Shown here: in pieces, positions 48,910 through 57,638 of the stretch
Position numbering within the stretch: position 1 is the first letter of the stretch
Layout: each line of letters begins with the position of its first letter
Source: Candidatus Wolfebacteria bacterium
GTDB taxonomy: Bacteria > Patescibacteriota > Minisyncoccia > Phycocordibacterales > NVSU01
Reading direction: 5' to 3'
Assembly (NCBI GenBank): GCA_002401345.1
Contig: NVSU01000001.1
Location: 68,476-132,475, forward strand
DNA length: 64,000 nucleotides
Made by a program: the position numbers and the translations under genes
The notes under the pieces: generated by a model
The model's database searches: none
What the model was told of the DNA's origin: nothing
Seen by the model: the letters and a program-made list of their open reading frames with translations, nothing else

Positions 48910-48965
48910 AAAAAAGCGTCAATTTTGTGCTTAATCACAACAATGACGCTAGTAAAAGTATATCA
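48910..48965 (-). promoter_or_regulatory. Promoter plus leader attenuator motif copy 9
   Basis: TGaTATACT-7nt-GCGTCATTGTTGTGATTAAGCACAAAATTGACGCTTTTTT, directly upstream of the hairpin RNA. Confidence 0.8.
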
Positions 48966-48997
48966 CATATAAAATAAATGTATAGCAATACAACACG

Positions 48998-49055
48998 CCA
49001 TTTTAAATAAATAAAAAACCAGCATAACTGCTGGTTTTTTATTTATTTAAAATGG
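48998..49055. terminator. Long bidirectional terminator
   Basis: CCATTTTAAATAAATAAAAAACCAGCA/TGCTGGTTTTTTATTTATTTAAAATGG. Confidence 0.75.
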
Positions 49056-49164
49056 GCCCTTCACTGACACTTATACCTTTTATTATGGAGGTGTTTAGTG
49101 ATAGAGAATATATGAATGGGATTAAGGAGAGGTTGGAGTGTATATCTAGTTTTGGTTAATTATT

Positions 49165-49596
49165 TCAATTTTCATAAAACATTTTAATACAACTATCTAA
49201 ATCTCTTATTAAATTAAGTTTGAAAGATTTTTCAGGAGAAGTCCATATATAGTTTTGATGTTCATCTTTACTTAACTTAACATCTGGTTTTTCGCTTATA
49301 GGTAAATGATACATGTAATATGTAAAATCATACTCTGGATAACGAACATATATTTTCTCAAAGAAATTAAAATCAGTTGAATCTTTAATAATCCCTGTTT
49401 CCTCCATCAATTCCCTTTTCATGGCATCAAGTGCTTTTTCTCCTTTGTCTATTTTACCTGCTGGAACCCCCCAACTATTTCCTTGTGATTTATCAGGGTG
49501 CCTATGTAGTAACAGGAACTCACCATCAGATTCAATAAAACAGCTGACTATCTCAAAAATAGGCTTAAATTTTTCAGGTGGCGTTTTATGAATCAT
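49165..49596 (-). CDS. NUDIX hydrolase
   Basis: Nudix box GKIDKGEKALDAMKRELMEETG. Confidence 0.92.
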   Translation of the reverse strand: MIHKTPPEKFKPIFEIVSCFIESDGEFLLLHRHPDKSQGNSWGVPAGKIDKGEKALDAMKRELMEETGIIKDSTDFNFFEKIYVRYPEYDFTYYMYHLPISEKPDVKLSKDEHQNYIWTSPEKSFKLNLIRDLDSCIKMFYEN

Positions 49597-49599
49597 AAT

Positions 49600-50403
49600 T
49601 TATATCCCGGATGAATTGATGAGTCTGATAAATTCATCTAATGTATCAGATGTCACAGTAGACATAAATTGTGTCATGTGATTATCAAGCCCAGTGTCTT
49701 TCACATAATACTCCTTAGCATAGATGAAATGTTCCTTTGTAAACTCTTCATTCCCTTTCATGCCAAAATAACTTTTCAACTGAGACATTCTCTCAACAAC
49801 CTCTGTAGCACTAAAGAGGTACTCCTTAAGGATTTCTACTAAAACTTCATCATGTTTTTTATTGTGTGCTTTTCTAATTTCTGTAATATCAAACTGCATC
49901 GCATCCTGATCAAAGGCGGATGCAAAATGTTTCATAAAATATTTATTACTGTATACCCTAATTATATGTCCTTTCTCATGAGCCTCAAGAATGCTCTGTG
50001 CAATAATTCTTTTATCAGGATCAATATGTGGCGAAATTATATTTGTCGCAACAGCTTCTCTTGAAACAGGATCTTTAGATTCAGATATATGTAATAAATC
50101 AAAGCCTGGGAAACCATAAACCGGCCTATTTGGATCAAACGATAGAGGAGTATCAATGCTAACCTCTTTAATTTGATGTTTGATCGCTTCTTCTATCTTG
50201 TTTCTTAGCTTATTTATGTCTTCCTTATCTGGATGATTTTCACTTATGTAATAAGCTAAATATAGCTCAACCATTTGATTGAATATATCGAGATTCTCCA
50301 CCCTTTCAAGTAACAGTAAAGTGGGGTGCTCTTGGGAATTTGCCTGTTCTTCGATAGAAGACTTTGGTTTTTCTTCTTTTCCCCCTAATCTAATTTCTTC
50401 CAT
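49600..50403 (-). CDS. Hypothetical protein with HExxH motif
   Basis: EAHEKGH and a downstream Glu (YLFSATEVVERMSQL); possible zinc metalloprotein. Confidence 0.6.
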   Translation of the reverse strand: MEEIRLGGKEEKPKSSIEEQANSQEHPTLLLLERVENLDIFNQMVELYLAYYISENHPDKEDINKLRNKIEEAIKHQIKEVSIDTPLSFDPNRPVYGFPGFDLLHISESKDPVSREAVATNIISPHIDPDKRIIAQSILEAHEKGHIIRVYSNKYFMKHFASAFDQDAMQFDITEIRKAHNKKHDEVLVEILKEYLFSATEVVERMSQLKSYFGMKGNEEFTKEHFIYAKEYYVKDTGLDNHMTQFMSTVTSDTLDEFIRLINSSGI

Positions 50404-50540
50404 ACACACAGTATACCAGAACCAAAAATACCCCACAAACGTGGGGTATTTTTGGTAAATATTATGATGGGCGCACTGCTCAAGACATTAACCTTTCCCA
50501 GCACACGCCAAAAATATATTCATTTCATTTATTATTTTTG

Positions 50541-50612
50541 GGCGCCCAGAGAGAATTGAACTCTCGTCGCCGGTACCACAAACCGGAGCTTTACCACTAA
50601 GCTATGGGCACC
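50541..50612 (-). tRNA. tRNA-His(GTG)
   Basis: Cloverleaf, anticodon arm CCGGT-TTGTGGT-ACCGG, G-1:C73 pair. Confidence 0.95.
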
Positions 50613-50674
50613 ATGTCTCATCTTATATAAGACCTATCTGTTATACCAGATTTATGGTACATACGTCTAGTGAT

Positions 50675-51682
50675 TTACATTTTACGTTTTACAAAGCGTC
50701 GTTCCATTATTTGACTAAGTATCAGTCCGAGTGCGAGCAAGCCAAAGTATATTCCAAACAAATTAGATGGCGTAGTAAGGCTATGTAGCACTGCTCCTAA
50801 TATAAATACTGTATACCATGACACTAAAGAAATCGAACCGAGTGCGAATGCTAATTTACGAAATATATTGAGTTCCCTTTCAGTGTGGTCATGTGGTTTC
50901 CCAAAAGAAATTTGTACAAGTTTTGGTGCAATATAAAGATTGAGGAAGATTCCATTTACAATAATAACACCTACTCCAAATGATTTCACAAGGAACTTCA
51001 TAGATGCATTGAATATTTCTATGTTTGTCACATAGATTCCCAAGCCACTGATCACAAGCATTCCTAATGCAAACCAAATTACTTGAGAAACTGTGCTCAT
51101 TATGTCCGCCTCTTTTTCTGAAATTTTATAGTCCTTCAAAAACTTAAAGAATAAAATGTCAGTAACTGTTGCTGCACCAAGTCCAATAGCGGCAGAAAGT
51201 GCATGAACTACAATAATAATAGATCTATAATCTTGGAGAAGTGACACAAATCCATATTCAGATGAAAAGAATGTTGCAATTAGAATTATTGTTGAAATAA
51301 ATGCTGAATATATGCACCACGTACACCAATATCTAAATACAAATGCCTGGATAGCGATCAAATATAGTGAGAACATGAATGCAAGCACAGTGAGTACTAT
51401 CAACGCAAACACCGCTGCTTGTGGAAGAAATCCCGGGAATAACACCACAACTGCATATCCAAGCGCAATAAGTCCATAATAAATCATACCCAAAGACTCA
51501 ATTGGAATCCCTATAAATTTTGAATAATCGCTTCGGACCACCGTATCACAATCAGCACCAAGGGGACACACCAATGGTGTATCTGTTTTTTTCTTATGGT
51601 GAATATAGAATGAAATAAAAAATCCAACCATTGAGAAGAGAATGATTGCAATTTGAAAAAATAATGGAGAAAATATAAACAT
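50675..51682 (-). CDS. Vitamin K epoxide reductase (VKOR) family protein fused to a second membrane domain
   Basis: CPLGADCDTVVRSDYS and CTWC, plus four further TM helices. Confidence 0.88.
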   Translation of the reverse strand: MFIFSPLFFQIAIILFSMVGFFISFYIHHKKKTDTPLVCPLGADCDTVVRSDYSKFIGIPIESLGMIYYGLIALGYAVVVLFPGFLPQAAVFALIVLTVLAFMFSLYLIAIQAFVFRYWCTWCIYSAFISTIILIATFFSSEYGFVSLLQDYRSIIIVVHALSAAIGLGAATVTDILFFKFLKDYKISEKEADIMSTVSQVIWFALGMLVISGLGIYVTNIEIFNASMKFLVKSFGVGVIIVNGIFLNLYIAPKLVQISFGKPHDHTERELNIFRKLAFALGSISLVSWYTVFILGAVLHSLTTPSNLFGIYFGLLALGLILSQIMERRFVKRKM

Positions 51683-51688
51683 AGGTTT

Positions 51689-52678
51689 TTATAAAATTTG
51701 AATAATTTTTGCTATAAACACAGCATAAAGGAATAACATCGCTACACCTTCCCAGAATCTAATCTTATTATCAAATATAACAAATATAACAGTAAATGTT
51801 GCGACCACGAGGAATGGAATACCTATACTAAATGTAGAATCATGTATAGTCAAGTCTTTAAACAGTGCGGGTAGTCCCCCCACAAGGAGCAGGTTGAATG
51901 TATTGGAGCCAAATACATTTCCAATTGCCATACCATGATTCCCAAGTCTGATTGCCGAAATAGACGTGAGTACCTCAGGAAGAGATGTTCCAAATGCAAC
52001 TACTGTTATGGTGAGTAATGAAGAAGATATTCCGAGTAATTGAGATAATGTCAGCACACTATCAATAAGAAATTTTGCGCCTACTGCAATTGCAATCATA
52101 CTCGCCACTATTATCGCTATATAGACACGTACGTTACTCTTTCTATGCTTTTTTTCTGTACCATTTTCAAATTGCTCTTTAAGCTCTTTCATTTGCTCCT
52201 TCTCTTCTTTTTCTTCTTCATTCCCTTCGGATCCTGATCTAATATTATAAATCATAAAAATAACGAAAAATACAAAGAGTGCAATTCCCTCCGGAAATGA
52301 GATAACCTTATCCATTGCAAAGAATACAAATAGTGCCATCGACATAAAGAAGAATGGCAAATCAACATCAATTAATTTTGTACTTGCTTTTAGAGTCCCT
52401 GCAACTACCGCACCTATTCCAAGGATCAATAGACCATTAGCAATATTAGAACCAATTATGTTATCAGTCACAAATTCAGTCTCCCCGGCACTAATCGCAA
52501 ACAAGGACGATACAAGCTCTGGTAGCGATGTACCAATGGCAATAATAGTTGCACCAATGATGAACGAACTCATTCCAAATATTAGACCAAGTTTTTCACT
52601 GTATTTAGTAAAATAATCAGCTGAGCGTATGAGTACAAATAAACTTGCTATTAATACTCCTATCCATAATACAATCAT
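51689..52678 (-). CDS. Calcium/sodium antiporter (YrbG-like)
   Basis: Two GTSLPE alpha-repeats with GSN. Confidence 0.93.
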   Translation of the reverse strand: MIVLWIGVLIASLFVLIRSADYFTKYSEKLGLIFGMSSFIIGATIIAIGTSLPELVSSLFAISAGETEFVTDNIIGSNIANGLLILGIGAVVAGTLKASTKLIDVDLPFFFMSMALFVFFAMDKVISFPEGIALFVFFVIFMIYNIRSGSEGNEEEKEEKEQMKELKEQFENGTEKKHRKSNVRVYIAIIVASMIAIAVGAKFLIDSVLTLSQLLGISSSLLTITVVAFGTSLPEVLTSISAIRLGNHGMAIGNVFGSNTFNLLLVGGLPALFKDLTIHDSTFSIGIPFLVVATFTVIFVIFDNKIRFWEGVAMLFLYAVFIAKIIQIL

Positions 52679-52719
52679 ATGTACAGTTTAGCATGTGCAT
52701 TAAAAATCACACATGACAC

Positions 52720-53043
52720 TTAACGAACAGTACTCCCCGGAGAAACTTCAATTTCAGGCTGAAGGAGTACTATTCCCTCGTCTCCTCCTGTTGCAAGGAT
52801 CATTCCATTGCTCATCTCTCCTCGCATTTTCCGGGGCTCTAGATTTAGAAGTACCGGCATTTCTTTTCCTATTAGTATGGATGGATCAGGATACATCTCT
52901 GCAATACCTGCAAGAATCTGCCGCTCCTCGCCACCTATATCAAAGATAAGCTTAAGAAGCTTATCTGCACCAGGAATATTCTCAGCTGATATAACCTTTC
53001 CAATTTTTATTTCTAATTTTGCAAAATCTTCGTATGTAATCAT
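52720..53043 (-). CDS. tRNA-binding OB-fold protein (Trbp111/CsaA/MetRS C-terminal type)
   Basis: ADKLLKL, RQILAGI, NLEPRKMRG..SNGMIL. Confidence 0.92.
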   Translation of the reverse strand: MITYEDFAKLEIKIGKVISAENIPGADKLLKLIFDIGGEERQILAGIAEMYPDPSILIGKEMPVLLNLEPRKMRGEMSNGMILATGGDEGIVLLQPEIEVSPGSTVR

Positions 53044-53051
53044 ATTTTTTG

Positions 53052-53135
53052 TGCCCAGGGAGGGAGTCGAACCCTCACGTCCTTACGAACACTGGCCCCT
53101 CAAGCCAGCCAGTCTACCAATTTCTGCACCTGGGC
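53052..53135 (-). tRNA. tRNA-Leu(GAG)
   Basis: Anticodon arm CTGGC-TTGAGGG-GCCAG, long variable arm, GGTTCGACTCC. Confidence 0.95.
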
Positions 53136-53269
53136 ATATTTAAAGTTTCTCATCAACTATACTCAATGCCTTCTTAATTTTCAAGTATTTACGAGAAAGA
53201 CAATTTATTTTTTTAGCCTTACATTTCTTTTTTTTGATATACTACATATAGATAATTAAAACTGATGTA

Positions 53270-53695
53270 ATGTTGAATATGAATAAAAATGTGAAATACA
53301 AATATATAAGGGCGTTTGTGGCAGGATCTGCCTTTCCCATAATGCTGGCTGTGGTATTTGTGTATTTTCTTGGAATGCTGGCGCTTGGCTTTGGAGAAGG
53401 AATCGATAAAATAGAATTCCTGCGCCTTCCTATTATTCTTGGAGTGGTCAATATTCTACACATCGGTCTTCTACAAAAATGGCCTGCAAAAAACCTGAAC
53501 AAAAGATTGTGGCTCGTTGGAATACTACTAGGCATAGCTCTTGTACTGCCAGCAAATTTTATCTCAGATACAACTGAAAAACTCTTTGGTCTACCCGGTC
53601 CACAAATTCTCACTATCATTGCTGCACCAATAGCATATGGGGCAATCTTCCGTTACATTTTAAAATACTTAAACAGAATGGTTGGACTTAATTAA
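53270..53695 (+). CDS. Hypothetical four-TM membrane protein
   Basis: Four hydrophobic segments. Confidence 0.7.
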   Translation: MLNMNKNVKYKYIRAFVAGSAFPIMLAVVFVYFLGMLALGFGEGIDKIEFLRLPIILGVVNILHIGLLQKWPAKNLNKRLWLVGILLGIALVLPANFISDTTEKLFGLPGPQILTIIAAPIAYGAIFRYILKYLNRMVGLN

Positions 53696-55265
53696 TGATG
53701 ATTCTTGAATTAATTTGAACATCATCAATAATTTCTACTCTGCCAGAGGGCCAGATTACTTCAATTGATCTAATGTCCGTATCACTACCGAGACCAAAGA
53801 AGAGTTCTGGGGTCTGATCCGTTACAAGACCAGTGCTTGTGATTACTTGTTTCGTAAGCCTCGTTCCATTTATTTTTTCAACAATAACGCGTGCACCAAT
53901 GGACTCAGCGATATCTTGTAGAGACACTGCTACATAGTTATTGTTACCACCCTCATTCAAAAATGCACGAAGAGGACCATCGAAATTCACATAGATAATA
54001 TCTGGATACCCATCTCGATTAAAGTCTGCAATAAGTGGCGATTGTCCAAAATATTTATTTACGACACCAGAGATATTCTCTGTTGAGACAAAGTTACCAT
54101 TACTTCTTTGAACAAAAAATCTACCAGGATTTTTTATTAACTTATGAGGAAACCACTTTACAAAGTTCTCAGCAACCATCAAGTCTTGGAGACCATCAAG
54201 GTTAAAATCTTCAAATATTGCCCCCCATGCAAATTCATCCTTTTGTACCCCTTTCTCTTTTGTTATATCCGTGAATACAAAATTTCCGTCATTTCTAAGT
54301 AATTTCCATTTTAAATCAAGACTTTGATCATCTCGTATGTCACCCATAAGAAACCTTTTAGGAATTGTTTTTCCTGCATTACTAAAAAATAGATCCATGT
54401 CGCCATCATTATCAATATCCCCTACGGCCATTCCCATCCAAAATCCGTACACAGTTGGAGATGATATTTCTTCAAATGTGAGGTTGCGAAGGTTTTTATA
54501 GATCTTCACACTATCTGTGTTTGGAGACAGTACGAGATCGAGCCATCCATCGTTGTCGAGATCAATAAAACTTGAAACAAATGTGTTTTGTTTTAATAAG
54601 AGCCCAGAGCTCGCGGTTATATCTTGAAATGTATTGTCGCCTTTGTTCAATAACATGATATTCAATTTTCCATGATCGATATCATTAAATGTAGCAGCTT
54701 TGAAATTTGGAGGATCAATAAATGTACTTATATAGAGATCAATAAGACCATCTTTGTTTATGTCACCTGATGCAATGGCAATAGGGATCGTATTCTTTTC
54801 AAGCTCAAGCTCAATTTTTGTTTCGGAAAATATCTTATCCCGATTGATGTACATATAGACACCCGAGTCACGGGCTATAAAGAGATCGATATCTCCGTCG
54901 TTATCACTATCAATCGAAAGCGCACCATAGGTACCCTCTTCTATATTTGAAAGCCCTGTACCCTCAATAATGTTTTTGAATTCACCATTCTTGTATGAAA
55001 AAAGTGCATCCGGCTGTCCTACGCTACCGCCTACAAATACCTCTTGTACTCCATCATTGTCTATATCAATGACTGCACCACCTGCAAACCCATGTCCTGG
55101 AAGAGTGTGTTCATGAACAAAATCTATTGGAACTTCTCTAAATGTTGGAATAAATGTTTCTTGTTCCGAATCAAATAAACGCCTTACAGCGACTGTGTTT
55201 AATAAGGGAGAGATAAAGATTAGTACAAGACTAATCAATATAATAATTAAGGTTAATTTTTTCAT
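53688..55265 (-). CDS. CRTAC1-like FG-GAP repeat protein with ASPIC/UnbV domain
   Basis: Repeated DxDNDGxxDL motifs; C-terminal IGARV...LFFGLG...IEVIWPSG. Confidence 0.9.
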   Translation of the reverse strand: MKKLTLIIILISLVLIFISPLLNTVAVRRLFDSEQETFIPTFREVPIDFVHEHTLPGHGFAGGAVIDIDNDGVQEVFVGGSVGQPDALFSYKNGEFKNIIEGTGLSNIEEGTYGALSIDSDNDGDIDLFIARDSGVYMYINRDKIFSETKIELELEKNTIPIAIASGDINKDGLIDLYISTFIDPPNFKAATFNDIDHGKLNIMLLNKGDNTFQDITASSGLLLKQNTFVSSFIDLDNDGWLDLVLSPNTDSVKIYKNLRNLTFEEISSPTVYGFWMGMAVGDIDNDGDMDLFFSNAGKTIPKRFLMGDIRDDQSLDLKWKLLRNDGNFVFTDITKEKGVQKDEFAWGAIFEDFNLDGLQDLMVAENFVKWFPHKLIKNPGRFFVQRSNGNFVSTENISGVVNKYFGQSPLIADFNRDGYPDIIYVNFDGPLRAFLNEGGNNNYVAVSLQDIAESIGARVIVEKINGTRLTKQVITSTGLVTDQTPELFFGLGSDTDIRSIEVIWPSGRVEIIDDVQINSRIIIN

Positions 55266-55386
55266 AACATAATTGCGAATGTTAATAGTACCAACAAATG
55301 AGTACAATATGTTAGCTATGTATCACTTCCAGCGTCCAACCGTATACTCTCTAAATTATACATAAAATCTCCCATTTAGGGAGATT

Positions 55387-55983
55387 TTACTTTTTCTTTT
55401 TTCCGCCAGCTGGCGGATTTGCTTTCGTTTTCTTTTTGGTTTTAGTTTTGGTCTTGGTTTTTTTTACTTTCTTCTTTTTCACACTACTGCGCACAGGTTT
55501 TTTGGGTGCCAACTTCTTTTTTAATTTATTTCTTTGATCCTCTGCCACAATATAGCCCACACACTTATCTGTTCCACACCAACATGGATGATCTTCAAAA
55601 CACTCTAGGTCATATCCATAATCATATGAAAGCTCTTCATCTTTCTTAATATCTTTAATGGCATAAATCCAAATTTCTCCTTTTTCAACTTCAACTTCAC
55701 AATTTGGATCACATGAATGATTTATAAGTCGTGCAGTATTCTCGGGAACGTTTCCATCAATTTGATATCTCTTGTTAAGTTCAAATAAGTACACTGCTCC
55801 GCCCTCTTTATGATTCTTTGATTTCTCAAAGGATTCATCATATATATCGTCAGCCTCTTTGTTAGTTACCTTATTACCTATATATTGAATAATTTGAGTC
55901 TCATCTACAATGTCATACGCAGCAAAAAGTCCACGTTTGTGGATTTTTGATTGACTTCTTTTATAGAGTTTCTTAGGAGCCAT
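55387..55983 (-). CDS. SET-domain lysine methyltransferase with post-SET region and Lys-rich tail
   Basis: RGLFA, ARLINHSCDPNC, EELSYDYG, CWCGTDKCVG. Confidence 0.93.
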   Translation of the reverse strand: MAPKKLYKRSQSKIHKRGLFAAYDIVDETQIIQYIGNKVTNKEADDIYDESFEKSKNHKEGGAVYLFELNKRYQIDGNVPENTARLINHSCDPNCEVEVEKGEIWIYAIKDIKKDEELSYDYGYDLECFEDHPCWCGTDKCVGYIVAEDQRNKLKKKLAPKKPVRSSVKKKKVKKTKTKTKTKKKTKANPPAGGKKKK

Positions 55984-56000
55984 GTGTAATTAAAATATTA

Positions 56001-56582
56001 TTATTTTGATTCTGCTACTGAGTCATCATTCTTTTTCTCTGCGTCAGCAGACACATCCTCAGGTGTCTCTGTATTTTCTTCGGAAGTTTTTTCCTCTCCA
56101 CTATCTGGTGCATTCTCTTCTTTCTTCATTTCCTCTCCACCTTCAACTTTCTCTGTACTCGCCTCAGCTGATGTTTCCTCTGGTGCTGGTTCTGGGTCTG
56201 GTTCTGGTTCTGGGTCTGGAGCAATGAATCGTAATGCCTTCATCTTCCTTCGAATTTCTTTAGCTGCTTTTTCACGTATAAAATACAACTTTGATCGTCG
56301 AGTCTTTGCTCTCTTTATTATTTCTATTTTATCAATCAATACAGAATAAAGTGGAAAGATTTTCTCTACTCCAATACCTTTTGAAACCTTTCGAACAGTA
56401 ATAGTTGCTCCTGGCTCTCGTCCGTGCTTTCGTGCAAGCACAAGTCCTTCAAATGCCTGAAGTCGTGTTTTACCTTTTTCCTGAATTTTAGACCACACTC
56501 GAATAGTATCCCCTGATTTAATATCAAGTTTCCTTCTTTCTTCGATGTTTACTGGGCTAAATTTTATAGCTGTAGTTTGCAT
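56001..56582 (-). CDS. rplS: 50S ribosomal protein L19 with acidic C-terminal extension
   Basis: GDTIRV, RLQAFEG, GVEKIFP, RRSKLYFIR. Confidence 0.95.
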   Translation of the reverse strand: MQTTAIKFSPVNIEERRKLDIKSGDTIRVWSKIQEKGKTRLQAFEGLVLARKHGREPGATITVRKVSKGIGVEKIFPLYSVLIDKIEIIKRAKTRRSKLYFIREKAAKEIRRKMKALRFIAPDPEPEPDPEPAPEETSAEASTEKVEGGEEMKKEENAPDSGEEKTSEENTETPEDVSADAEKKNDDSVAESK

Positions 56583-56603
56583 AGTAGAAAAACTTTATCA
56601 CAA

Positions 56604-57347
56604 TTACTTTACTTTCGCAAGAAACTTGTTGAAATCATCAGGAAGAGGTGCCTCGACCGTAATTTTCTCTCCATTGAGCAATATAAACTCAATAGAATAG
56701 GCATGAAGCGCCAGTCGCGACATTCCGAGAATTGGACATGTCCGCTTGGGAGCATAGAGAGAATCACATACTACAGGATGATTAAGATATTTCATATGAA
56801 CCCTAATTTGATGGGTTCGCCCTGTTTTCGGTTTTACTTCAATATATGTAAATGTATCTACATTTACTTTGAAGCGATCAAGTACTTCATATAGTGTAAT
56901 CGCCTCTCGAGCCAGACCGCGTGCACCTCGTTGTGCCGACCACAAACGAAAATCGCTTTTACTTCGGGCAATCGGTTTATCAATCTCTCCTTCGTCATTT
57001 TTTATAGAACCCCATACTATAGTCCTGTATGTTTTTTGTACTGTTCTATTTTGAAATTGATCTTTAAGGTGAAAGAAGGATTTTTGATTCTTTGCAATTA
57101 AAAGTACTCCTGATGTATCTTTATCAAGTCTATGAACTATTCCTGGACGAGGCAACTCCACTTCCTCTTTTGTTTTTGAATCAATGATAGTCATTGGTTC
57201 TCCTACTTCTTTCATTTCTGAATATCTCTCTAATATCCAATCAACTAGTGTCGCATCTTTTGTGCGCCCATCAGAATGAACCATAAGTCCTACTGGCTTA
57301 TATATGGCTACTATATCATTGTCTTCGTATAAGATGTCTATATTCAT
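56604..57347 (-). CDS. RluA-family pseudouridine synthase
   Basis: RPGIVHRLDKDTSG, TGRTHQIRVH, LHA. Confidence 0.95.
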   Translation of the reverse strand: MNIDILYEDNDIVAIYKPVGLMVHSDGRTKDATLVDWILERYSEMKEVGEPMTIIDSKTKEEVELPRPGIVHRLDKDTSGVLLIAKNQKSFFHLKDQFQNRTVQKTYRTIVWGSIKNDEGEIDKPIARSKSDFRLWSAQRGARGLAREAITLYEVLDRFKVNVDTFTYIEVKPKTGRTHQIRVHMKYLNHPVVCDSLYAPKRTCPILGMSRLALHAYSIEFILLNGEKITVEAPLPDDFNKFLAKVK

Positions 57348-57390
57348 AATAAAAAAAACAGATCGCTGAATAAAAACTAGCGATCTGTTA

Positions 57391-57597
57391 CTAAGAGCGA
57401 GCTACCCAATATTTTTCTCCAGCAGTTTCATAAGTAAACATAAGTCTCCCTCCCTCCCTTTTCTCTGCCTCGACTGAGTCATATTTAACAAGTCGCATTC
57501 CTGATCCATCAGGGATCTCAATTACGTCTTTAGACCCCATCTGCTTCTGTATCTCATCAATGGCCTTCTTAAGTGTTGGTGATATCTTGAGTGTCAT
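57391..57597 (-). CDS. Hypothetical protein
   Basis: 68 aa ORF followed by a terminator hairpin at about 57356-57389. Confidence 0.55.
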   Translation of the reverse strand: MTLKISPTLKKAIDEIQKQMGSKDVIEIPDGSGMRLVKYDSVEAEKREGGRLMFTYETAGEKYWVARS

Positions 57598-57638
57598 AAT
57601 ATATATAATTAAAACTACGATCTGTGATTAATAGTAGC

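Noticed and set aside
15657-48965. Reading the nine repeats as a CRISPR array, integron attC sites or invertible-promoter repeats
   Set aside because: Copies are kilobases apart with no regular spacers. No cas, integrase or invertase gene is in the window. They lack GTTRRRY ends, and G-U pairs with U-tracts point to RNA function.
56001-56220. PDPEPEPDPEPAPE repeat and acidic tail of L19 as a separate element
   Set aside because: It is a low-complexity in-frame extension with no sign of mobility.
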